64,000 bases of DNA from Dimorphilus gyrociliatus. Its lineage: Eukaryota > Animalia > Annelida. Positions 37,574 to 48,977 of this stretch are shown in pieces. Position numbers and translations under genes: made by a program. The DNA is taken from contig CAJFCJ010000002.1 of the NCBI GenBank assembly GCA_904063045.1, forward strand, positions 1,448,422 to 1,512,421, written 5' to 3'. The notes below the pieces were generated by a model. It saw only the letters and a program-made list of their open reading frames with translations. It was not told the origin of the DNA and searched no databases. Every line of letters starts with the position of its first letter. Position 1 is the first letter of the stretch.

Positions 37574-39330
37574 AAAAAAAAACCAACATAAATACAGCAT
37601 TTTCCTTTCTTTATCACTTTATGGGTTATGGTGCCATCTAGTGTCAACACCATAGAGACATTGAAAGGAATCGAATGAGTGAACAAGTGAAAGACAAAAA
37701 AATTACGAAATTGTAAACAAAATATCAATAAAGAAACTAACAAAACAGCTTAATTACAACTATAGTAATATAATAAAGATTTTATTTATTTAATATTTAT
37801 CAGCGTTCCTTAATGACAAGCAATCGTTTCATGTTAGGTGAATAGACAAAGTCGATCAAAGAATAAATAGTTTGATCGATAAACTTGACATATTGTTTGT
37901 AAAAAAAATAGCACAAATATTACATTGTTAAGTAACTTAACAATTGATTTGGTTTGTAGAGTTTGCGGCTTTAGTTAAATAAGAACTATGAACTATAAGA
38001 CAACAATTGTAGTGTTTATTAAAAATGTCTCTAATAGATATAAACCCTAAAATCAGTGAGCCGTAGCAGTGTAATCTTTGTTTAAAGACGGCCTGTAAAG
38101 CTGAATTATTAATATCAGAATAGAAAATAAAGAGTCAGCAAAATTGAATTCACAGTTCATAACGGGACTAGTTTTTGTTTCGTTAACAACAAGATTTTAT
38201 AATACAGAATAACCATCTTTTAAATTATATAACCTATCAAATACACACAAGAAAAAGCTATGAAAGGTAATAAGCCAATTCTTACTTAACTGTTTGCTTT
38301 TTGTTAAAACGAATAACATTCAAACTTGTTGCTATCGAGTGTTGATTTATTATACATATGCATTACATGTGTAAATATATGTATTCATAGTTTATAGAGA
38401 CATTTTGTAGTATTACATAAATATTTTAATCTGTTCTAACGGTTTTAGAATATATTAACAGTATATACTGCATTCCATTTTTATAAAGTTCCTCATTCCG
38501 AAAGGTAGCAACGTATTTTCGTTTTTATGTCATACAATAGAATAAACTTTTCTTTATAGTAAAAATTCACTTGGTATAAGTTACAAGTTGGAAATTGTCA
38601 GGTTTTTATTACGATTTTAATGAAAAATTCTTCTATCTTATATATTAATATAAATTTATACATATACAGTATATATACCATATATAAAAGTAAATATGGC
38701 CTAATATAGACGTTCTCAGGATGTATAATTTACATTTTAATTTATTAAAATTGATATAATTTTCAAGTAAGAGCTTATCAAGCTAAAAAAAATATATATT
38801 AATAATTTATGTCGTTAAAGAAAGGGGAATAAGCTATTCGCTGGGTATGAATATTCTTCGCATTTGATATTCATGCTTACATATGTACTATAACTGTACG
38901 TATACACGTCTAGAACAGTCGTGCTGAAAGCATTACGAGGCATGTTTCGTTTTTAAGCTGCAGATAGAAAATATAAAAAGGATAGGCGATCAAATAAATT
39001 TATAGACTAACAATACCATTCTACTTAATTGATCGAACTACTGTTGTAGGCTTCAGGCGTCTAAAACCGTGTGTTTTTAATCACCAGAAACGAAGGTACG
39101 TTAGAAGCGTTTTTTCCTAAATATTTTTTCGACTAGTTGTAACTAATTAATATCCAGTGATAGAAAAGTCTATTGGTCAATGAATGTCTCTGTGATATAA
39201 CTGTTATTAGCTTCGTACTTGAAAAAAATAGATGATGTTTGAATAACTCGTTTGTTTTAGGCTTTTATACATAGCAACGCCATTTTGCCAGTAATATTCA
39301 CGTGTTTCTGATCTAGCGACACTCACAGAA

Positions 39331-40637
39331 ATGCCACCTTGTACCTCTAATTCGCCAAGTCACAATCATCTACGTGAAAGAAGTCTAATAGGAATTGATG
39401 GATATTGGTACGATGTTACAGATTTTGTGAGTAGGCATCCAGGTGGCCAGGTGATTGAACATTTCATAGGAAAAGATGCTAGTGAGGTCTTTCATTCATG
39501 GGGTCATAAGAACGTACTAAAACATAGGAAACCTGTCGGTAGTTACACTAAAAAAGCTAAGCATCCTGCCGACGAGGAATTTAGGAAATTAGATATGTTT
39601 TTTCAAGAAAATGGTTTTTACGATACCGATTGGTCTTTTTACAAACGAAAAATTGCTGTGATATTTTTATTATGGATTACGACTTTCTTACTTGTTGAAT
39701 GTGAGCATAAAATGTTTAAATATTCAGCTGGAATAACGCTTTGCGCTTTTTGGCAACAATGTGGTTTTATGATGCATGATTTGATGCATACCCAATTTTT
39801 TAGAACTTTAAACTCGGATAGAATTGCCGGAACCATATTTGGTACTATTGGGTTTGGTATTAGTGCCCATTGGTGGCAAGATGAGCATCGACTTCATCAT
39901 GCCCTAGTAAATACAGCTAATCCAAAAACTGGTTTCGCTGATCCCCAAATGATTGAGGAAGTTTGGGCTCAAAATGAAAAACTATTCTCTTTCTTTAGCA
40001 AACCCCTTCAAAAATACGCTATTTCTATACAACATTTTACATTTATTCCTTTGGTTGCTCTGGCTGGAAGGTTTGCCATTATTCGTGACTCGTACTCGTG
40101 TGAGAAACGACTTTACGAATGGATCGCTATTATTTTACATTGGGCTTGGATAGCTCTACTACTTTCTCGTATGGATACTTGGACGGACAAATTTATCGTT
40201 TATGGTCTCTCTTCTCTTTTGGAAGGAATTCTACATATACAGTTAGTAGTGAGTCATTACGCCAAGCCTTGGCAATACGAAGATCAATATCATGATCGAA
40301 GCTGGTACACCATTCAAGTTGAATCCAATTTAAATATCTCTTGTCCAGTTTGGTTAGATTGGTTTCACGGAGGTAAGAAATTCTTTAATATATATAGATA
40401 TAAATAAATATATATATATACATGAATAATTACTACACAGGACTTAATTTTCACATTGAACACCATCTATATCCAAGGTTGGCAAGGCATAAACTACGAA
40501 AGGCCTCATCAATAATTCTTAAGCTATGCAGGAAACATAAAATTGTATATGATTCAAAACCTTTTCTACAAGCATTATTTGATACTCTGAAGCAACTGAA
40601 ACATGCAAGTAGGCATTATAGCCTAAATGTCAATTGA
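39331..40637 (+). CDS. Cytochrome-b5-fused membrane fatty acid/sphingolipid desaturase (front-end type)
   Basis: N-terminal b5 domain with HPGG; His boxes HDLMH, HRLHH and HIEHH; one intron 40373-40440 joins WFHG to GLNFHIEHHLYP. Confidence 0.92.
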
Positions 40638-40832
40638 AGACAGAAAAATGTAATAAATAAAAAAAAGAGAGAAGTAGAGTATTTGATATAAAAATCAATT
40701 ATTTTCTCTTTCGCCTTTTAAAAATCGCCAAAACAAAAAAAAAACAATGCTTTCTTTTAGTTTAATTAGAGGAGAGGACTTAAGAGGAGAGAGATAGAGA
40801 GAAAGAAGAAAACGGAGAATATAATATCTTTC

Positions 40833-42088
40833 TTATTCTTTGTAAGTTGTAGGAACAATGCCAAACATTACTATGCAAGTTAAAACCATGGCGGCAGAAA
40901 AGATTGCAAAAAAAGCTAAATCAAGAGTTTCCGTCAGTTTTTTCCATTTAAGTTGATAATATGCATCGTTACTCTTTTCCGTACTTTCAGCTTTTCGGTA
41001 AAAGAGTCTGACGATAATTATAGTACAAATAAGGGATAATCCAGTTAAGACCATTACAATTATAATATATATCGCTAATACTGGTGCATGATCAGAATTT
41101 CTTGGAAGGATGTCATTAAGTACCTGAAAAGGAAAAGTTCCACTTAATAAGGATAAATTGATTTATATAAATATTTTGTTTCTTTTCCATACCAATAGGA
41201 AAACCGTGTAGCTTAACAAAACTGTCATTGATAGAGTGATCCTCTCGCCAACTTCAGGTGGTATGCAAAAAGTGAAAACTGAGACAAATGATAATAAAAC
41301 GCAGGGTAAAACAATGATAAGAATAAAGTATAATGGCTTCCGTTTAATATTTAGAGTTATCTCAACTGAACAGTATTTTGAACCATCAGTTTCGCTTCTA
41401 GTCTTCATAACTTTAGTTGATAATAATTCCCATTCGGAATTATTCTGATATGCTGACAAATCAATGCTTCCATGATCAATCTCGAATTCTACTAATGTGC
41501 ACGTATATGCCCAAGATGTAATGAGTACCTTACAAGTTTGGGTATCGAATGGAAAGAGTTGCATAATAAGAGGACACGTTGTTGTAAAACGTCCTCCCGG
41601 TGTATAAATGACTTCGCCAGTAAAAAAGATTTCTGTTTTAAAATATTTCATAAACTGTTCGTTGTAAAACTCTCTTGCGCTGTTTTCTTGTACTACATCA
41701 GGTAACCAAATATTTAAAGCTGGAATTGTAGTTCGTTTAATCCCACCAAAATTATCTGGATTCCATTGCAGGAATTCATCTGTCCAAGTCTATATTAACA
41801 TTAGTTGAATATTTAAATATATTTATACAAGTGAATATTAATATCAATAGATCAAACCATTGCGTGAAAAGCAAAAAGGCTTAGTCGTTGATTTCTTTCA
41901 TCTATATTTTGAATTTCCGATAATTTTAATTCGTAATTAACGTGAATTGTCCTTGAACTGTTTGTAACAGGTCTTGCTCTTCTATCATAGCCTGCCATCA
42001 AATATCTTATAAGAGACTTTTCAGGTTGACTGGCTATTTTCGTAAGGGCAAACTTGAATAGGATAATCAATACAAAACTTCTGTACAT
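40833..42088 (-). CDS. Divergent cation-type Cys-loop (nAChR-like) subunit, copy A
   Basis: Exons 42088-41858, 41789-41193 and 41123-40833. Signal peptide, YDRRARPV, WLPDV, Cys-loop CPLIMQLFPFDTQTC, RKPLYF, M2 GERITLSMTVLL, short M3-M4 loop, no vicinal loop-C cysteines. Confidence 0.92.
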
Positions 42089-42295
42089 GTTTACTTTATA
42101 GAAAATCTTAAACTTAAATCCTTTTTATAATATTTCTTTGCCCTATCTCTATCTCTGCCTCAAGTTTATAACATGCTCTCCCTAACGTCGTACAATAACT
42201 TTTCAATATTACTTTCAATCACTCTTTTATAGCTTGATACGGTTTTTTATACACTTTTCACCTGGACTTACTGCTGCTAAGTGAATAGTGAATAC

Positions 42296-42335
<40 letters not shown>

Positions 42336-42421
42336 TAGTAATACGCATCTTCCCATCGCCATCTAACCCAGTTTCTAATATATCCTACATGTTTTTATTA
42401 TCCTTACATATTTACGGAAAA

Positions 42422-43792
42422 TTACTTCAATGATGGTCTTATCACTAACAGACCTAAGGTAACAAAAAATAGTAAAGTTAAATAGAAGCAAGCAAACGTC
42501 CTATCTAAAATCCTGCCGATAAGTCGCCAAGATTTTTTCATATCTTCTTCCTTATCGACAAAGGCTCTAGGTTCTATTTTATCCGAGGCGTCAACTCTCA
42601 CCAATCTTCTTAGATAAACAAAAACCAGCACACTTATCCATTTAGGAATCGGTGTTCTTCTATAATGAAATCGTACTACTATTACAGAGCAAACGAGAGA
42701 TGACGCCGTAATAATCATAACCGTCATTATATAGGTGCTAATAAGTGGAATATTATCAGAATTTCTCGGTAGCATCTAAAGAGGTTCATTTTTTTAAAAC
42801 ATAATTTAATCATAAGATTGAAGAGTCTGAGCATAATTTAAAATTAAACGAACGTTTGTAGTGTAAAGAAAAAAAATGAACCTCTGTTAAAACAAGAAGG
42901 AAAACGGAATAGCTTAGAAGAGTTGTCATCGATAGAGATATCTTTTCACCAGTTTCTGCTGGAACGCCAAAAGCCACTATCGATATCATTGATAGTAGAG
43001 AGCAGGGAAGAACAACGTTCCCTACAAAGTAAAGAGGCTTTCTTTTCAAAACAATTTTCACTGTTATTGAACAATAGATTTTCCCGCCATATTCTTGTTT
43101 TTCAAATTTTACATCAGTACTTTTAATTTTCCATTCGGAATTTTCGCTATACGAATCAAGCATAACGGTTTTTTTCACCGGATAGAGCATTACTTCGGAA
43201 CATGTTGGTACCCAACAACCGAATTGAAGGCGACACGTTTGTTCATCGAAGGGAAAATAGGTCATATCAAAGGGGCATGTTGTTATCATTTTTCCAGCCG
43301 GAAGATACGATATTTTCCCTTCATGATCAATCTCTAATCTAAAATATTTCATGTGTTGACCGTTATATAAATCCCTAGCACTATTTAATAGGACAACATC
43401 GGGAATCCAAACGTTATTAGCTGGTACAACGATTCTCTTTAGGTTGGAGAAATTTTTCGGATTCCACTTTAAGAATTCATCATTCCATTCCTACATTCAT
43501 TGTCAATATATTACTATTATTATAGTTCTTAATTGACCAATAAAAACTCCTTACTTACCAAGGTCAGATAGGAAAACGAATGAAACAGCTGATTCTTTTC
43601 GTCGATATGTTGTATTTGGGACAATGATAAAGTGAAGTTAACTTGGATAACTGTAGATATTTTCCGAACAGGTCTTACTCTTCTATCGTAATTTGAGAAG
43701 ATCTTCTCAGCTAGATCCCTTTCGTTCTTTTGGCTGTAAAGTACTAAAAGTAAAGATGATAGGAATATAAAACTAACTATTCCTTTATTCAT
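42422..43792 (-). CDS. Divergent cation-type Cys-loop (nAChR-like) subunit, copy B
   Basis: Exons 43792-43559, 43490-42882 and 42775-42422. YDRRVRPV, WIPDV, Cys-loop CPFDMTYFPFDEQTC, RKPLYF, M2 GEKISLSMTTLL, no vicinal loop-C cysteines. Confidence 0.92.
42780..42885. repeat. Perfect 16-bp inverted repeat at the ends of the 106-nt intron 2 of channel copy B
   Basis: AGAGGTTCATTTTTTT at 42780-42795 and AAAAAAATGAACCTCT at 42870-42885; the intron spans 42776-42881. Confidence 0.85.
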
Positions 43793-45810
43793 TGTAAGGG
43801 TGAGGATTGTAAACTGTAAATGATGAGTATAGTTTAATCGATGCTTCCTGCCTTACAAATTTGCGTCAAATAAACCATTATATTTGCTGAATAATATAAA
43901 AGTCTTGGGAAAATGAAATATTTAAAGAATGAACTCTTATCCATCATCGTAAGGGTTTATTTTATAGTTAATTAATAATTAACGATAAAATAAAAAGGAA
44001 AACGCGTCTTGAACTGTAAAGAAAGAAAATAGATTGATAAATTGGTAAGGAAAGTAAAATTAGAAACCTTTACAAAGCTCCGCTAGCCTCTTTCTTTTAT
44101 CCTATATTCGTAATAAGATTAAGCTTTCCGAAACCTCTAACCCTAAACCTTCCCTTTTATATTAAAATACAAGCAAAGATAGTAAAAAGGCTATACTTCT
44201 TTACTGTCTAATGAATGACTAATCTCAATCGAGCATATAGCAATCTGTATAATGTATTAACACTGTTAATCAATCAATCAATCTTATTTTTTCCCCTTAC
44301 TGGAGAGGAATGCTATGGGAAGAAAATAAAAACAACAACCCTAAATAATCCATCGGTTGTTTATTATTCTCTATCAGCAACAAAGTTACTTATACGCTAT
44401 CGTAATAAGAATAACCATAATTATAATATTTTAGAAGCTCTTTGTTAGAGTACTTGCAATGGAATAGAGAAATAAGAATAGCTCGTTTTCCCAATTCTAC
44501 GAGACTTGCATGTTAATATAGTGTATTTCTTCCATTAGGTGTTTATTCAAAGAAAATAAATAAATAAATAAATAAATCAGTCGAAAACATAATAAGAACA
44601 ATAACTTGATGATTCCATAAAAAACTTTTTATCTGTAGAAATGTTCTTTAAAAAAAAAGAACATATATCTGTCCTATTGTCGTTTGATGAAAAAGAATGA
44701 TATAAAGAAGCTAAAGATACGAAGTAATATTCATTTTATTTTATTCTCCTTTTACCGGGAAAACGCTAAGGAATTTGAATGCTAATTGGTGGATATATTT
44801 GAAATGTTGTTTCTTTTTCTAACGCCCCTGTTTATCTTGTATATAGGATTATAAAAAACAAGTATTAATATTTTTATATTATTTCATAGTCATCTACTTT
44901 TTCATTTGTTTACATTTTTGACACGAATAAGTAGTGTACGATTAGTATAATTTATTGCATTATACACATTACAGAATACAAGTGTTCTATTAGTCTAACG
45001 ACGAGAGTAAACGGTTTCAATACTATATCATCAAGCAGGCAATCATTTCTACTTTAAAGTTAATTCTAGGTAGAGTAGTATGTGTTTTATATAAATGAAC
45101 TATTTATTACTTATTCATTAACATTTATTTATAAAAAAAACTCTTAATCTAGTTCATTATAATGTAAATAATTTAGATCGTTTACGATTACTTTCATTGG
45201 CAGGGTATTTTTTTTTGAGTTTTCCGCCGTTTAACTTCCGGTTCTTTGTGGAATATGCTTATAGAGATTTAAGGTATGTATCGTCGTTTTTTAAATGCTT
45301 TATTTTGCTTATGCTAGTGAGTAGGAAATAATGCACAATTGAGTTGATTTATATGTCGCTATTTTTTTTTATTTAAGCTATTTAGTCGTTTTTTGAGCGA
45401 TATTACAGTTAATGTATTTTAAGGTGGTTTCACTAACAAGCTGTTTGGCCGCTGGATCAGTAAAATAATGCACTCTCTTATATTTTTATTATCGTATTAT
45501 AAGGAAATATAATTTATTGTAGGTCTTTTTTTTCTAAAGATGATTATTTTCTTATCTTAAAAGATCCAGCAACATTTTATAGCAATATAGGTCTAAGCAT
45601 TTTCAAAAATATTCTCAAATTAACCGTTATAGATGCAGCGTATTCATCATAGGAAATTTTTTATATTACTTAATCGACGTTACAATTGATTTTCCTTCTA
45701 AATAATCTTATATAATGTATATAAAATATATTGTGTAGTGAATCATCAGAAATTTATGCGTCAGATTCTGACTTTCAGAGCTGACGGTTGATTAGTTACT
45801 CGATGAAAAA

Positions 45811-47571
45811 ATGGAGACGGAATCAGTAAGAAGTGGAAGATCCGAACGCTCGGAGAGATCTCAACGATCCCGAAGAAGCAACAGACATCATCGACAACAT
45901 CAACCACTACCCCAAGCAGGCCCTTACTATTCCAATCGACACGACATAGACGAAGGCTCAATACGGGATGATCGATCCGTTACAATAAGTGTGCCGCATT
46001 CCAGGGTCATGGGGCGAGCAGAGTCGGGGGCACCTGGAGTAAGCATGATTAGCAGACCGATTCGAGAAGGAAATGATAGAATCGAGGTGCAAATAGTTCA
46101 ACAAGATGACAATTGGCCCGATAATACAACGGCAATCACTTCAGAAACTGGGCTTTCAACAGATGACATGGCAAGGTTAGGTAGGGAAATGGAGGATTCA
46201 GTCGGGTTCACTTGTGCCAGATATTTAGGCACCGTCTTTACAGTTATATTTAGCATCTTAGCTATTTTAAGTCCAGTTGCTATGTTAGTTTTACCAAAAT
46301 TGAATGTAATCAATGACTGGGAAACTGACGCATGTGACATAGCTTGCGAAGGATTGTTCATTAGCTTTGCTTTCAAATTGGTTGTTTTAATTATTGGGAC
46401 ATGGGCGCTTTTATGGAGAACACCTAAAGCAACTCTTCCCCGAATGAATGTTTTAAGAGCCTTTGTTTTATTTCTCGCTTCCGTTCTGATATTTGCATTT
46501 TGGCTATTTTATGGTGTTAGAATCGTTAAGAAGAAAGAAACATCGTATGATTCCATTGCTCGATTCTCATCGTCTTTGGTTGATGCCTTGCTATTTTTAC
46601 ACTATGCTTCTTTGCTTTTGCTTAAAATAAAGCATATGACAACGAGATTTGTGGTTCATGTTGTTAGGTCACCAGACGGTATTTCAAAGTGCTATCCAGT
46701 TGGTGATATGAGTATACAAAGGTTGGCTGTTGCGGTGCTAGAGAACTACCTCAGGGATTTTGAAGTATACAACCCATACTTGGAACATGTCACAAGTAAA
46801 AGAAATAGATCAACTAGCTATAAAGTATACAATGTTGATGGACCCTCCGCGGGTGATGGTGCATTATTGGGTAACGCACGACCTCCTCCTAGACGTGAAT
46901 CAGGACATAATGAGAGGTTTCACGATGAAATGGAATACGAAAAGAAAGTAAGGAAGAGAAAGGCGAGGTTGATTGTTGCAACCGAAGAAGCTTTCACTCA
47001 TATCAAGCGATTGCAGTTAGAAAATAGTAAGTAGTTGGTATTCTAACCTAAAACCAGACTTCTAAGAGCGATATTTTTCTAGGTCCTGCAATTCCAATGG
47101 ATCCTAACGAGGCGGCTCAGGCTATTTTCCCATCAATGGCTAGATCGTTGCAAAAGTTTTTACGAGTCACCCGCCAACAACCTCGATATACAATGGAATC
47201 TATTTTACAACATTTGACTCTTTGTATAGGACATGATATGGGGCCGAAAGCATTCTTAGAAAGATACTTAACTCAGGGATCAATCATAATGAATGACAAA
47301 GAGTACAAGTTCGTCTACCTTATAATTATACTTCTGTCTTTTGATCATATTTCTTTCATGTTTTGACAGGAAAACTCAAAATTGGATATTAATATGCGAC
47401 CAACTATTATCAAGAGGCATTGAACATGGTACAATGTTGCAGCTAAGATACGGAGATGTAGCTCTAATGGTTAACGTTCGTCGATTACCTCATCTAAACT
47501 TAACAGAAGAAGTTATAGACCCAAAATGCAACAAATTTGTTATGCGATTAAATTCTGAAACTTCTGTATGA
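45811..47571 (+). CDS. Vang: Van Gogh/Strabismus planar cell polarity protein
   Basis: [16 protein letters not shown], four TM helices, [48 protein letters not shown] and C-terminal PDZ ligand NSETSV. Introns 47027-47082 and 47303-47369. Confidence 0.96.
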
Positions 47572-47589
47572 TATTTTCGAATCAAAATT

Positions 47590-47629
<40 letters not shown>

Positions 47630-48446
47630 TTTTTTTTACGAACGTAGAGTCACCCATAACGCATGTATTGTTTAATATACCCTATTTGCTATTTTAGTGT
47701 TGATAAGTCTCAGAGATACCTGTTTCAGTAAAAATTTTACACATTTAGTCATTTTTTTACATCTTAATAAGTATGTAAAAAATATCAGGACTATATCATG
47801 TAAGTATTGTGTTTTTTGTGAGCATCGTAAACAGTTTAAATAAAGGTAATTTAGCGTGATTTTAGGATTTTCCAAACATGAATGTAAACATTTTCACCGC
47901 TCTTAATATAGACTATAAAACATACCTTCATTATATATATGGTATATAAATAGTATATTTATATAAATATACAAGGATTCATTCTTTAATAGCTGCACCT
48001 CTTATATTTCGGGAAAGCTAATAGAATAATAAAAATATGAGTAAATTCTAGAAATATTAAGCTATTTTTAGTTTAATACTTGTTTTTGAAAGTATATACT
48101 GTATAATATTGGTCAAGTACACTGCTCTATTACTTGAGTTTATCCAGGGTTGAGTATGAAAGTTTTATATTATACTAGGACTGCCTCTAGTTTTAGGGGA
48201 AATTTTGCATAATAAATAACTGATAAATTTTTATTCGACATTTTTCAACAATTTATAATCGTATGTTTATCGAATAATCTCATTCTTATTCAATATTATA
48301 TTTAACAAGCGTTCTTTTCCAATGAAATTTATAAAATCAATATTTAATTAAAAACCCACCATGGGACCACTTTAATTTTAAATTACCAGACTTTGAAAGT
48401 TTTCAATCAGGACCGAAGGTTAAATAACGAATTATAACGAAGAAAT

Positions 48447-48746
48447 ATGGTTGCCATCCATGCAGTTTTTGCAAAATTGACCGCATACCTTATGAGATTA
48501 TTCAAAGAAAAAGAGGAATTACGAAAAGAACAAGAGATATTAGAAAGAGAAAAAAACAGCTTGACAAGAATTCAAGAAGGTCTTCAAAGAGAGCAAGAAA
48601 TATTAGAAAAAGAACAAAACGAATTAACGAATCTTCACAAAGATTTGGAAAAAGAACAATATGATCTTCAACTTGAATACAAAAGATTAAAAAGACAAAA
48701 TGAAGAATTACAATTAAAATTAAAAAGTTTAAAAAGAGATAAGTAA
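48447..48746 (+). CDS. Small orphan coiled-coil protein
   Basis: 99-aa ORF with a hydrophobic/amphipathic N-terminus and heptad repeats (EQEILER and EQEILEK, 21 aa apart); no recognisable family. Confidence 0.45.
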   Translation: MVAIHAVFAKLTAYLMRLFKEKEELRKEQEILEREKNSLTRIQEGLQREQEILEKEQNELTNLHKDLEKEQYDLQLEYKRLKRQNEELQLKLKSLKRDK

Positions 48747-48977
48747 AAATCTAGTGGTGAAGACAAAAAAAAGACCTTTTCAATTTCCTTTACCTATTTG
48801 AGTTGTATAAACGCATATATAAGATAAACAAAACAAACTGTTTTAACATATTTCAAACATATATCTACAGTATAAATACAAATGTTATATATATATATAT
48901 ACTATAATAAACAGAGAGTTTGGTCAATTTTTTACTATTTTCGACATCCCAATAGTCTCTTTCATATCTGTTCTCTC

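Noticed and set aside
41124-41192. GGAAAAG/CTTTTCC complementarity near the ends of intron 2 of channel copy A
   Set aside because: Only 7 bp and explained by the polypyrimidine tract; not comparable to the 16-bp repeat in copy B.
45790-45813. Possible non-AUG N-terminal extension of Vang, as in vertebrate VANGL2
   Set aside because: An in-frame TAG at 45793-45795 closes the frame five codons upstream.
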